64,000 nucleotides of DNA from a bacterium (GTDB taxonomy: Bacteria; Bdellovibrionota_C; UBA2361; CALJRW01), in the NCBI GenBank assembly GCA_031385045.1, contig JANNBC010000015.1, positions 34,810 to 98,809 of the forward strand, in the 5' to 3' direction. Positions 49,332 to 59,628 of this stretch are shown here, piece after piece; positions within the stretch are counted from its first letter, which is position 1, and every line of letters begins with the position of its first letter. The notes beneath the pieces were generated by a model that saw only the letters and a program-made list of their open reading frames with translations, was not told the DNA's origin and did not search any database. A program made the translations under genes and the position numbers.

Positions 49332-49666
49332 AAATTTCTCCATTGGATAAGACACTAAACAACTCTACAAAAAATTTTGCTGGAAGCAGTGCCTTTAACT
49401 AAAGTCTAGTGAGTATAGACTAGTTTTTCTAGTTTTCGCCAGATAATTTTTCTATTTCAATTAAATAGTAATGGCATGAAATAACTCCTGTAACTTGTTG
49501 GTAATATTCCAAATTAAATCTAATCAATTTATTTAAGGACGATCAAAAGATTAATCGTAAAATTTAGCTACTTGAAATAAACTAGCAAAAGTTGAAGTTA
49601 TCTAAATGAAGCTGTTAATTTCCTTTTGGAAACTCTCATTTTTGTGATTATGATCTTCACTGAAAT

Positions 49667-49716
49667 AGTTGACATGACTCCACTTTACAGGCATGTAAAA
49701 TGGAGTCATGTCTACT
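49667..49716. repeat. Intergenic inverted repeat with 23-bp arms
   Basis: AGTTGACATGACTCCACTTTACA-GGCA-TGTAAAATGGAGTCATGTCTACT (2 mismatches). Confidence 0.8.
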
Positions 49717-49953
49717 TTACACGTCCACAAGATCTTTGCTCATACCCACCAAAAACTAAAAAACAAGCGACCCCATTAGTGTTACATTGATAGCGATAGG
49801 CTTAAATTGTTGAAAAGACGAGCGAAATACGGTAAAAATGCGCAGGCTTGATGCTGTTACATTAGGCAATTTTATACTGCATTTCACAAAGTATTTTCAA
49901 CAACTTAAGCTTCCTAAGAGAATGTAATAGGAATGATCTCTAATTAATTATTG

Positions 49954-52122
49954 ATGCACAGTAAAAACTATTTAGCTTTCTATAGATTAACCAGTAAGCA
50001 AATAGCTATTAGCATTACTTACTTTTTATTTCTGATTTTACTCTATCGTACAGAGAGTATTCTTAAAATCAGTACGCATTACTTAGGGACAGATCAATCC
50101 GATGGCGGACTCTATGTCTGGCTTTTTAAATCAAACCTAAAAGATCTCTGGGAACTTCCCTGGTTTAACACCAGGGCGTTTTATCCTTATACCTTAAGTC
50201 TTGCTTGGAGCGATAATTTTATTTTACCAGCAATGGTTGCTAAGCCATTTGTGATGCTCGGCCTACCAATAATTATTGCCTACAACACAATTTTACTATT
50301 AGCAGCTTTCTTAAATGGGTTTTGTACGTTTAAAGTTGCTTATCAACTATCGAATCACTTTGTTGGTGCAATAATTGCTGGAACAGTCTTTTTAGGATTT
50401 CCATTTTTTGTATTACATCTTGGGCATCCCCAATTACAATTTGCTTTTTGGATCCCACTAGCTTTTGGAATGTACTGCAAATTCCTGCATCAGCCCAAGT
50501 TATTCCCTGCAATCTTACTTGGCTTGATTCTTTTTTTAAGTTTTCTAACAACTGTTTATTATACAATTTTCATTTTGGTTGCCTTAATTCTGGTAACACT
50601 AGCCTTTGCTATCTACCAAAAAGGAATTTTTACATTTAAAAATATTAGCATAGCTCTTAGCGGGTTTTTAGTTGGCTTTCTTCCCATCATCCCTTTTGCC
50701 CTACCTTACCTAGATGTCAAAGCAACATATGGTTCTAGAGATTTAAGAACAGCTTCGGCTTTTGGCGCCGAGCTACGTAGCTACCTCTCAGCTCCAGCAT
50801 CAAATTTATTCTTTAATCAAACATCCTCTTGGTCACACTCTGAAGCATTACTTTATCCTGGATTAGTTTGTTTCTTAGCTTTAATTATTATTATTCTTAA
50901 TCTCAATCAGCAAAAGCCACGTTGGCTAACATTGAGCGCAGCCATGTTTTTTGTAATTGCAGGAGGATTACAATTCCTAGGAATAAAACTAGCGATTTGG
51001 TTTTATTGGATAACTTTCTTTGCCTTACTTATTTATCTTTTCCGTATCGGACAACTATCCAGAAAATTAAAAATTAATTACACTTCAAACCAAGGAGTCG
51101 TCGCAGTTTTATTATTCACTTGCTATGCCTTATTTTTTTGGTCGTTAGGCCCACAAGGAATTGAATCAAGCTTCTTTGATGGTTCCTATAATCCTCAAGG
51201 ATTACACACAGTTTTCTATCATTTAATCCCTGGAGTCTCAGCGATACGCGCAGTAAGTAGGATGGGAGTTTTAGTTGTTTTCTTTCTTTGCTTATTGATT
51301 CCTTTTGCTTGCAGAAACATTCGCTATCCAAAACTTTTCTCAGGATTATTAATTCCGCTAATCCTTTTAAGTTGGACTATCTTAGAAAATTTTCCGAAGT
51401 ACTATCCTTTAGAAAATGAACATCCGCCGATTGGTATCTTTCAAGATTTAAAAAATTACATAACACCAGGGGATGTTGTGATTGCACTTCCAATGACCTC
51501 AGAAGAACTATCAACTAATAAAATTGGAAGCTGGAGACTTTATTCTAAAGCAAGTATTGATTATCAAAACTGGTTAATTGACCAACCTATAAAACTCGTA
51601 AATGGCTATAGTGGGCAACAAAGTAAGAATGCTTATAGCCTTCCAGTCGTTACTAAAGATTTTCCAAACGAAGAATCGTTAACTAATTTAGGATTAATCG
51701 CTAATTTAAAATGGATTATCTATAGCTCCGCAAAGCAAGATATTTTTGAAACAAAAATCTTAGCTTATCAAGATCGCCTTACAATTGTTAAAAAAGATGA
51801 TTTTGGAAATTATTTAATTAAATTTTCTAATTCTACCTTACTAACAGAGGAATCATATCTGCAAGTACCTTCTTATCCAACAAATAGTTCCCTAACTTTG
51901 AATCTAAAGGCTAACTCAGTAAAGAAAGAGACAGTGATTGTCGCTTTATTTATTAAAAAATATGGAGAAGTTATCCCTTGGAAACAACTAAATTTAGTTG
52001 CTGATAATTCTTGGCAAAAATTTACGATTAACGTGCCTCAAACTCCCGATCGCGTCCGGCCAGTTTTAATTAGATTCAAAAGTTTGTTACCTTTAACCCT
52101 AGGTGAAAATACCTTAAACTAA
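49954..52122 (+). CDS. Large polytopic membrane protein (YfhO/GT-C-like)
   Basis: FYPYTLSLAWSD, HLGHPQL, LYPG, PGVSAIRAVSR, LVNGYSG. Confidence 0.75.
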   Translation: MHSKNYLAFYRLTSKQIAISITYFLFLILLYRTESILKISTHYLGTDQSDGGLYVWLFKSNLKDLWELPWFNTRAFYPYTLSLAWSDNFILPAMVAKPFVMLGLPIIIAYNTILLLAAFLNGFCTFKVAYQLSNHFVGAIIAGTVFLGFPFFVLHLGHPQLQFAFWIPLAFGMYCKFLHQPKLFPAILLGLILFLSFLTTVYYTIFILVALILVTLAFAIYQKGIFTFKNISIALSGFLVGFLPIIPFALPYLDVKATYGSRDLRTASAFGAELRSYLSAPASNLFFNQTSSWSHSEALLYPGLVCFLALIIIILNLNQQKPRWLTLSAAMFFVIAGGLQFLGIKLAIWFYWITFFALLIYLFRIGQLSRKLKINYTSNQGVVAVLLFTCYALFFWSLGPQGIESSFFDGSYNPQGLHTVFYHLIPGVSAIRAVSRMGVLVVFFLCLLIPFACRNIRYPKLFSGLLIPLILLSWTILENFPKYYPLENEHPPIGIFQDLKNYITPGDVVIALPMTSEELSTNKIGSWRLYSKASIDYQNWLIDQPIKLVNGYSGQQSKNAYSLPVVTKDFPNEESLTNLGLIANLKWIIYSSAKQDIFETKILAYQDRLTIVKKDDFGNYLIKFSNSTLLTEESYLQVPSYPTNSSLTLNLKANSVKKETVIVALFIKKYGEVIPWKQLNLVADNSWQKFTINVPQTPDRVRPVLIRFKSLLPLTLGENTLN

Positions 52123-52127
52123 AAACT

Positions 52128-53165
52128 ATGAGTAAAAGCTTAATTTCCTGTAATATTGTTGGTAGTACTGGTTATGGTGCTGGTGAATTATTAAGATTAT
52201 TACCAAATCATCCACAGATAAAAATTGATCAAATTATTTCTGAATCAATGTCTGGAAAGGTTGTTAAAGATGCGCATCCTCAAAGTAATTTAAAGTTAAA
52301 ATTTACCAAAGATTTAGATTGGAAAAAAATTAATTCTGAAAAAAATGCGGTAATTTTCCTAGCCCTACCCCATGGGGTTAGTGTTAGTAAGGCTAAAGAA
52401 ATTAAAGCAAACTGCAATGCTAAGATTATCGATCTTTCGGGAGATTTGAGAATCAAGGATCAGACCTTACACCAAAATTTTTACAGTGAAACAGAATTTG
52501 CTCCAGAGATTCGCAAAGATTTTGTTTATGGCTTAGCAGAAATCAATTCAGAGAAGATCAAAAAAGCTAACTTTATTGCTAACCCTGGTTGCTACGCAAC
52601 AGCAGCAATCCTTGGTCTTGCCCCTATTAAAAATAAACAGTTTGTTGGTAGCATTGCAATCGATGGTAAGTCTGGAACCTCGGGAGGGGGTAGGGCGTTA
52701 AGTGCAAATTTTCATCACCCAGTGATGAACAACAATGTTATGGCTTATAAAATGTTAAGCCACCGCCATGAAGCTGAAATTGCTTTAGGACTTCATTCTG
52801 TCAAAAAATTACTACCCTTACAATTTGTTCCTCACTTATTACCAATCTCACGAGGGATGATGGTAAGTATCTACGCTCAGCTAAAAACTCAGATTACCGA
52901 GAAAGAAATTCAGAAGATTTATCAAACTTTTTATCAAAACTCATACTTTGTTAGGATACAAAATAAACCAGTCGAAATCAGAAATATTGTTGGCAGCAAC
53001 TTTGCTGATATTTTTGTGACAGCACGTGGCAATCAAATTGCTATCTCGGTAGTAATTGATAATTTAGTTAAGGGCATGGCCGGACAAGCAATTCAGAATA
53101 TGAATTTAATTTTTGGCCTAAAACCACAGATTGGTTTAGAGCAAACGGGACTAGGTTTAGTCTAA
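52128..53165 (+). CDS. argC: N-acetyl-gamma-glutamyl-phosphate reductase
   Basis: GSTGYGAGEL, ALPHG, IDLSGD, ANPGCY, HRHEAEI, DNLVKGMAGQAIQNMN. Confidence 0.96.
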   Translation: MSKSLISCNIVGSTGYGAGELLRLLPNHPQIKIDQIISESMSGKVVKDAHPQSNLKLKFTKDLDWKKINSEKNAVIFLALPHGVSVSKAKEIKANCNAKIIDLSGDLRIKDQTLHQNFYSETEFAPEIRKDFVYGLAEINSEKIKKANFIANPGCYATAAILGLAPIKNKQFVGSIAIDGKSGTSGGGRALSANFHHPVMNNNVMAYKMLSHRHEAEIALGLHSVKKLLPLQFVPHLLPISRGMMVSIYAQLKTQITEKEIQKIYQTFYQNSYFVRIQNKPVEIRNIVGSNFADIFVTARGNQIAISVVIDNLVKGMAGQAIQNMNLIFGLKPQIGLEQTGLGLV

Positions 53166-53184
53166 ATCTGATATAGAAATATAA

Positions 53185-53216
53185 ACACCTCCAACTTATT
53201 TCTAAGTTGGAGGTGT
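53185..53216. terminator. Hairpin between convergent genes
   Basis: ACACCTCCAACTTA-TTTC-TAAGTTGGAGGTGT. Confidence 0.72.
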
Positions 53217-53234
53217 AAATTTAAAGTTAAAGTA

Positions 53235-53837
53235 CTACTTTTTAGGTAGTAATGCTTTTAAGCGCTTAACTTCTCTTTCTAGCGCGGCAATAGTTAGCTT
53301 AGCATTCGTTAAGTTCTTTTTAGTTGTTTGTAAAGAAACTTCGCAAACTGGTCCTGAGTTAACGTCATAACTTAAAACAAAGACCGTCTCACTTAAACGG
53401 GCTTCAGCTTCATCAAAATTTGCAAAAGCAGTGTCTGATGGACCTACGACAGGATAACAACCAAATCCTCTCACTTCATACCCAAAGCTATTTTCATAAT
53501 TATAGCCATTCATAAGACCTACAAATCGAGATGAACATTCAACAACAATATTGCCATTAACATTAGAAATAAATTGTAGATCAATATGTATGCCTGCACT
53601 TAAATCAAGCTTGATTATAGGTGTACTTTTTAAAAGTTTTGCAACATCAGAAATACCAAAATCACGAATATAAAGAGCATCTCCAACTTTTGCCATCTTA
53701 AATGTCTGCGAAAATTGATTCCCAAACTGTAAATATTTATTACTGTATGTTTCTTGCGCCATCAAACCAAGTGGTGCAATCAAGAGAAAGATAGAAAAAA
53801 GGGCAATAATCCGGAGTTTATTAGATATTTTCAACAT
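53235..53837 (-). CDS. Secreted hypothetical protein with a C-terminal coiled coil
   Basis: Signal peptide, GAGG RBS, and C-terminal LTIAALEREVKRLKALL. Confidence 0.75.
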   Translation of the reverse strand: MLKISNKLRIIALFSIFLLIAPLGLMAQETYSNKYLQFGNQFSQTFKMAKVGDALYIRDFGISDVAKLLKSTPIIKLDLSAGIHIDLQFISNVNGNIVVECSSRFVGLMNGYNYENSFGYEVRGFGCYPVVGPSDTAFANFDEAEARLSETVFVLSYDVNSGPVCEVSLQTTKKNLTNAKLTIAALEREVKRLKALLPKK

Positions 53838-54140
53838 AAAACCTCAAAAAAATAATCGACATCAAGTTAGTCTTAACATTGGTTAAAATTGATTCTGGGA
53901 TTGTTTCACAGCAATCTACTCATTCTATTTTATGCAACACCCTACAAATAACTATTTAGATAAAAGTCAAAAATCATATTTAACTAAGACTTAAGAAATG
54001 GAAGATAAGGTTGTTTCTTAACCAAAATCTGTCTGTGCAAATGATCTTGTGGAGTTTTGGGAACTGCTACCATCCTTGCCCAGTTGTTAAAGCTTCAAAA
54101 AACAGTGGCCCGCAAATTACTTAATTTGAGCAATACATTT

Positions 54141-55400
54141 TTAAGAGCGACTTATAGAACCTAGTTTTTCTAGAGCTAGTTCAGTCTCAATATTTCTAAT
54201 ATTAAGCGGAGGCAAAAGTCGAACAACATTTTCACCAGCAGCGACGGCTAACATTTTATTAGCAAATAATTTTTTAACAATATAAATACTAGGTAAGAGA
54301 TCAGAAGAATAATCACTTTGTTGTTTTATCCATTCAGGATGAACTTCAATCCCAATCATTAAGCCTAAGCCCCGAAGCGATTTAACCCAAGGTAATTTTA
54401 AATCTAGGATCTCCTGTCGAAACTTTTCGGAAGTCTGTTGAACATTGTTTAAAAACTTTGGCTGATTAATCTCATTTAAAACAGCAATAGCCACAGCACA
54501 GGCTAAGGGATTCCCACCATAAGTTGATCCATGGCTACCAGGATTTAGCAAATCGCTTACGGCATATTTATCAAAGAGTAGATCTTTTACCCATACTGCT
54601 CCAATTGGAAACCCACCACCCAGGCCTTTTGCCCAGCTAACAGCATCTGGTTGAAAACTATTAGTAGAATCAAAAAGACACTCCCAAGAATTAATCTTAC
54701 CAGTACGACCAATACCTGCTTGAACCTCATCAATCATCAAAAGAATTTCCTTTTCCTGGCAAAGCTTTTGCAGGCCAAGGAGAAACTCAGGCTTTGCTAC
54801 AGAAACTCCCCCCTCTCCCTGGACAATTTCTAATAAGATTGCGACTGTTTGATCAGACACTAAATTGTAAACACTATCTAAATCATTAAAATCAGCATAT
54901 TCAAAACCTGAAAGTAGTGGTGCAAAACCAACCTTCACTTTATCTTGCCCAGTAGCACTAATTCCCGCCATCGTCCGACCATGGAAAGAGTTATGGAAAG
55001 TAATTATTTGTGGATTAGAGATCTTCTTTGCTTGGGCATAACGACGGCTAAGTTTGATTAATGCTTCATTAGCCTCTGCCCCACTATTACAAAAAAATGA
55101 TTTGCCCAGACGCTTAATGACTTGTTCTGAGAGTATTTGCGCAAGCTCGCCCTGCTTAGGATTAAGATATAGATTAGAACAGTGCATAAACTTCGCAGCC
55201 TGATCTTGTAGAGCATCTAAAATTATTGGACTAGCATGACCTAAGCAATTAACGGCAATCCCGGCTGCAAAATCTAAATAACATTCACCTTGCTCATCAT
55301 AAAGGTAGGCACCAACTCCACGCTCAAAAGAAACTGGAAAACGGGCATAAGTTGGGATAATGTAGTTATCAAATAATTCTTTAGTTGCAAGTTTTTTCAT
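54141..55400 (-). CDS. argD: Acetylornithine aminotransferase
   Basis: YLDFAAGIAVNCLGH, NSGAEANE, FHGRT, DEVQAG, AKGLGGGFPIGA, HGSTYGGNPL. Confidence 0.95.
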   Translation of the reverse strand: MKKLATKELFDNYIIPTYARFPVSFERGVGAYLYDEQGECYLDFAAGIAVNCLGHASPIILDALQDQAAKFMHCSNLYLNPKQGELAQILSEQVIKRLGKSFFCNSGAEANEALIKLSRRYAQAKKISNPQIITFHNSFHGRTMAGISATGQDKVKVGFAPLLSGFEYADFNDLDSVYNLVSDQTVAILLEIVQGEGGVSVAKPEFLLGLQKLCQEKEILLMIDEVQAGIGRTGKINSWECLFDSTNSFQPDAVSWAKGLGGGFPIGAVWVKDLLFDKYAVSDLLNPGSHGSTYGGNPLACAVAIAVLNEINQPKFLNNVQQTSEKFRQEILDLKLPWVKSLRGLGLMIGIEVHPEWIKQQSDYSSDLLPSIYIVKKLFANKMLAVAAGENVVRLLPPLNIRNIETELALEKLGSISRS

Positions 55401-56247
55401 GTTCAATCAATTTCCCGAGTTTTTACGCTATCAAAACAAATTAGCACAGTTAAAAAATTATCAAAATAAATCAATCCTTGTAAAGCTTGGTGGTGCATTA
55501 CTAAACTCACCACAACTAATTAGTAACATCTGTCGGCAAATAGCTTTTTTAAATAAGCTGGAGATCAAGACAATTGTTGTTCATGGTGCTGGGCCAAACA
55601 TTAGTGATTGGCAAAAAAAGCTAGGAATTGTTCCTGAGTTTATTAATGGACTTAGAAAAACAGATGCTGAGACTTTAGAATTAGTAGAGATGGTTATTGT
55701 CGGACAAGCCCAACCACTTTTAGTGAAAGAGCTAAATTCGTTAGGAGTTTCTGCTATCGGACTTAAAGGCTACGATGCTAATCTCTTCGAAGTAAAAAAA
55801 ACTTCTGATACTTCGCTGGGATTTGTAGGAGACGTAATTAAAGTTAATCAAAAACTTATTAACTTATTAATTGCTAATAATATTATTCCAGTCATTGGTA
55901 GTATTGGCTCAGATAATCAAAAACAATCTTATAATATTAATGCCGATCTTTTATCTTCAGCCTTAGCAAAAGAGCTAAACTGCCAAGAGTTTTTCCTATT
56001 AACTCAAGTTGGTGGAATTTTAATTGATGGAAAAATTAAACAAAAATTTTCTCTAATGGAAGCTCAAGCCTTACTTAAGAGTGATTTAATCTCTGATGGA
56101 ATGATTCCAAAGTTAGTTAGCTGTCTTAGTGTTTTGGAGCAGGGAATATCTTCGGCGTGGATTGCTGGAGCGGAATCGACTTCTTTGATTGATTCTTTAC
56201 TTGAAGAAAATGAAAAAGCTACAAAAATCTTTCTAGAAGAACGCTGA
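55399..56247 (+). CDS. argB: Acetylglutamate kinase
   Basis: VKLGG, VVHGAGP, GLRKTD, LGFVG, NINAD, GMIPK. Confidence 0.95.
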   Translation: MFNQFPEFLRYQNKLAQLKNYQNKSILVKLGGALLNSPQLISNICRQIAFLNKLEIKTIVVHGAGPNISDWQKKLGIVPEFINGLRKTDAETLELVEMVIVGQAQPLLVKELNSLGVSAIGLKGYDANLFEVKKTSDTSLGFVGDVIKVNQKLINLLIANNIIPVIGSIGSDNQKQSYNINADLLSSALAKELNCQEFFLLTQVGGILIDGKIKQKFSLMEAQALLKSDLISDGMIPKLVSCLSVLEQGISSAWIAGAESTSLIDSLLEENEKATKIFLEER

Positions 56248-56485
56248 TAGCTAAACGTTCCTACACTTTTAGCTACAAGGATAGTGATTAAGAAAAAAAT
56301 TTTCCTCTCAATTGAAATGAACCGATCTGGTGACCCTGCTCCTAAGTTTTAACTGCCAGTAGTTTCTCTTACTCTTTCCCACTTTAACCTTCTTCTCTAA
56401 TTGCAAGATTTTACATTCTGAGAGCTACCCAAAAAAATAGTTTTATCTTAGTCTATTAGCTTACAGATAAAATTAAATTCGTTTT

Positions 56486-57556
56486 ATGCAATCTTCGACA
56501 GGTGCTCATTATATTGCTCTAGATCACGTGAGAGCCCTAGCTATATTTATGGTAGTGGTGTGGCATTTTACTCACTCCACTACAGGTTTCCCCGTTAGTA
56601 ATGACTTTGTACCACTTATTTTTCCCTTAGCCTTACTAGATGAAGGTCATACTGGTGTAGCCTTATTCATGACTCTAAGTGGTTACTTATTTGCTAAACT
56701 ACTGGCGGATCATAGAATTAACTATCTACTTTTTTTCTACAATAGAGCGCTTCGTCTTCTGCCCTTAATCTTAATAATAATTTTGATCTTAGGTTTAACT
56801 AGATCAGAATATCAAGTAGGTTTTTTTACATATACTTTTTCATACATCAAAGGATTAATTTTGCCGATTAAGCAAAATGGCCTGTGGTCAATTACTACAG
56901 AATTTCATTTTTATTTATTACTACCCCTTCTACTTAAGCAAATTAGAAGATCCAATTTTTTAGTTTTAGGAATCATTGCCTTAAGTATTACTTATCGATT
57001 TTTTATTTATTATTTTCAAGATGGAGTTCAGTTTTTAGCCTACCACACTATTCTTGGGCGAATAGATCAGTTTCTTCTAGGTATGGTAGTTTTTAAGTTT
57101 CGTCATTTTTTTGTAAAAAAACACATCTTAGTAGCAACAGTGATATTATGCTTTATGCTTTTTTACTCTTACTTTGACTGGCTTGGTGGTATGTATCAAA
57201 TTCAAGGCTACCCATCTAAAAGCATGATCTGGGTATTTATACCAACTATCGAAGCTGTCTCTTACTCAATTTTAATTGCCTGGTATGACAATTCATTTAA
57301 GCCAGCAAACAGGGGAATCTCCAAGTTTATAGGTCGAATAGGTGACTACTCCTATTTTATTTATTTATTCCATTTCTTTTTCGTATTTCATGCAGCTAGA
57401 TATATTCATCTAAATATTATGGATATATCAAATTTCTATGTAGCAGTAGTTTGGGCATTCATTTTCCTCTTATTAATGATGCCTTTAGCTTATCTAAGCA
57501 ATCGCTTCATTGAGAGACCATTCATAAAAATGAGGAAAAACTATGTTTTAAGCTAG
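56486..57556 (+). CDS. Acyltransferase-3 (OafA-like) membrane O-acyltransferase
   Basis: LDHVRALA, GVALFMTLSGYL, RALRLLP, WSITTEFHFY, SYFIYLFH, FIERP. Confidence 0.92.
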   Translation: MQSSTGAHYIALDHVRALAIFMVVVWHFTHSTTGFPVSNDFVPLIFPLALLDEGHTGVALFMTLSGYLFAKLLADHRINYLLFFYNRALRLLPLILIIILILGLTRSEYQVGFFTYTFSYIKGLILPIKQNGLWSITTEFHFYLLLPLLLKQIRRSNFLVLGIIALSITYRFFIYYFQDGVQFLAYHTILGRIDQFLLGMVVFKFRHFFVKKHILVATVILCFMLFYSYFDWLGGMYQIQGYPSKSMIWVFIPTIEAVSYSILIAWYDNSFKPANRGISKFIGRIGDYSYFIYLFHFFFVFHAARYIHLNIMDISNFYVAVVWAFIFLLLMMPLAYLSNRFIERPFIKMRKNYVLS

Positions 57557-57593
57557 CCTAAAGTACTCACTTAAAATATTATTTACTATATTT

Positions 57594-57621
57594 TCAAGTT
57601 TTTATATTTATTTGCCAATAT
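57594..57621 (+). promoter_or_regulatory. sigma28-like promoter upstream of the pilin gene
   Basis: TCAAG-N15-GCCAATAT, same spacing as the cpaB element. Confidence 0.45.
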
Positions 57622-57637
57622 AATTATATACTTAGGA

Positions 57638-58150
57638 ATGAGAAAAAAGATGAATACCAATTCAGGTTTTACATTAATAGAGCTTCTTGTAGTTGTTACA
57701 ATTATTGGTGTTCTTGCTGCAATTTCAATTGCTAATTTTGATGAATATAAACGTCGTGCTAATGACACAGTAGCTTTGAATCAGCTAATGGAGGCAAGAA
57801 CTGCCACGGAAGCTTATATAGCAGATAATGGTGAATTCACTAATTTACAAAGTATAGTCATAGAAGGAAATGGAACTGTAACGTCAATCCCCGGTGGCTT
57901 TACTTTAGCTACTGTATTGCCAGGATATACTCATACGAGAAATGTTGAACTTGGTGTGAGTTATTATTACCACCCAGACGGTTTTGCTAGAATTATAGGT
58001 TCAGGATACTGTAAAGGAACAGCCGCTTCAGCTGATACAGGCTACTCAGATAATGTAGGTGCCTATGAGTGGCGTAGTCATGAATATGATGGAAAGATTT
58101 TAAGAAGTGGCTTTACTAATTTCCCCCTTGATGGCAGTGGCTGTATTTAG
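57638..58150 (+). CDS. Type IV pilin / prepilin-type protein
   Basis: GFTLIELLVVVTIIGVLAAISI class III signal and a C-terminal Cys pair. Confidence 0.93.
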   Translation: MRKKMNTNSGFTLIELLVVVTIIGVLAAISIANFDEYKRRANDTVALNQLMEARTATEAYIADNGEFTNLQSIVIEGNGTVTSIPGGFTLATVLPGYTHTRNVELGVSYYYHPDGFARIIGSGYCKGTAASADTGYSDNVGAYEWRSHEYDGKILRSGFTNFPLDGSGCI

Positions 58151-59628
58151 TTGTTATATTCATTTAGTATAATTTCAGTATCAATTTCTAAAATCCAAAC
58201 TTTTCTTGCTGGGTAATAATTAATTAATTGCTGGTTTTTATTTGGAGAAATGTATCGCGCTCTAATAACATCCTGACTATCAAGATTAGGACTATTATAA
58301 ACACTATCAAGAGCTGGGTTATACCTCTTGCCATACTTAAAAAAGACCAAGTCTTCCTGCTGATTTGTAGAAAGCTTAGCTAACTGCTGATTAATATGAG
58401 CAGTTGTTCCATGACTTCTAATATTTAAATTCCTTCTGATATAGTAAAACTGCTCAGCAGTAAAACAACAAACAAAAATTACAACAAGAAAATTTCTTAG
58501 TGGTTTTTTTAGCTTAGCTTCAGTTAGGCCTTTAAATCCAAAGCCGAGAAATAGAAAAATTAATCCAGCAAAAGGTGCTGAATAATGTAAAGTCGCAAAT
58601 TGGACAGGAAATATTCCCAAAAAATAAATTGGAAAAATAAGCGATACCAGTAGCTTTCCTTTACAACTAAAAATGCTTTTTCTTAAAAAAAACAAGAAAA
58701 TAAAGAACGCCGCAGTTAAATAAAAAGTTAAGTAACTACCTAATTTTTTAAAAGAAAAATCTAAATAATTACTGAAGTTACTAGTCCTCCTAGTGGTAGC
58801 TTGGAACTCATTTCGATAGAAGGTCTCCATATTCTGATGATTATATGATATTTGTTCAATTGGTTTTTGCAGAATAAAAGGACGAGCAATTGCGTAGCTT
58901 TGCTCATAAACTAGATAAGGTAATTGATAAAACTTTCCAGTAGTTGCATGATTATAGGCGCCAAGTAATAGCGTGAAGATCAAACCTATAATTAAATAGA
59001 TACTAACCAGCTTACTAAATTTTTGCTGGATTATTTTATAGAAAAGTAAAAAGAAGAATAGAACTGCTAAGATTACCGAGCCTTCAAATGGGCGACTTGC
59101 TAGCAAAATCAGTGCCCCCAGAATAAAAAAGATAAATTGCTTAGATTGAGTTTTAAGAATCGAACCAAAAACTAAGAAACTACCAAGCATAGGAACTAAG
59201 CCACCCCAGTAGCTCAAAACCCATTCCATACGAATATTTGGATGAAGCACAAAAAGGATACTTACCCAGTTGGCAATTTTTAAATCAAACCACCGCTCGA
59301 CCATCCAATGAAGAGCTACACAGGCAAGAGCATGTACTAATATCATTCCCGTTAAGGGATTTAAATTAAAGATTAATCCTAAAGAGAGAACAAGCCCATT
59401 AAGTGGTAAAAACTTACCAATTAAGCAAGGTTCTTGAATTAACTGAAATGTTTCAAAAAAGATACTATTTGGATAAGGGGGATTACAAACCCTACCACTC
59501 GCAAAAGTTTCTGCCATAAATAAATAGGCAAATTCATCAAATATGATAGGAAATGGTTGATATAGAAAGAGTACCAGTATGTCTAGAGCAATAGTAATAA
59601 TAAACAAGTAGAGGCGTACTTTAATCAT
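58147..59628 (-). CDS. GT-C-like polytopic membrane protein
   Basis: DEFAYLFMAETFASGR, SRPFEG, YNHATTG; many TM helices. Confidence 0.72.
   Translation of the reverse strand: MIKVRLYLFIITIALDILVLFLYQPFPIIFDEFAYLFMAETFASGRVCNPPYPNSIFFETFQLIQEPCLIGKFLPLNGLVLSLGLIFNLNPLTGMILVHALACVALHWMVERWFDLKIANWVSILFVLHPNIRMEWVLSYWGGLVPMLGSFLVFGSILKTQSKQFIFFILGALILLASRPFEGSVILAVLFFFLLFYKIIQQKFSKLVSIYLIIGLIFTLLLGAYNHATTGKFYQLPYLVYEQSYAIARPFILQKPIEQISYNHQNMETFYRNEFQATTRRTSNFSNYLDFSFKKLGSYLTFYLTAAFFIFLFFLRKSIFSCKGKLLVSLIFPIYFLGIFPVQFATLHYSAPFAGLIFLFLGFGFKGLTEAKLKKPLRNFLVVIFVCCFTAEQFYYIRRNLNIRSHGTTAHINQQLAKLSTNQQEDLVFFKYGKRYNPALDSVYNSPNLDSQDVIRARYISPNKNQQLINYYPARKVWILEIDTEIILNEYNN

Noticed and set aside
49708..49779. 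MSTLHVHKIFA as an IS200/RAYT transposase N-terminus
   Set aside because: Resemblance is limited to an HxH-like patch, and no downstream HUH or catalytic Tyr motifs were visible.
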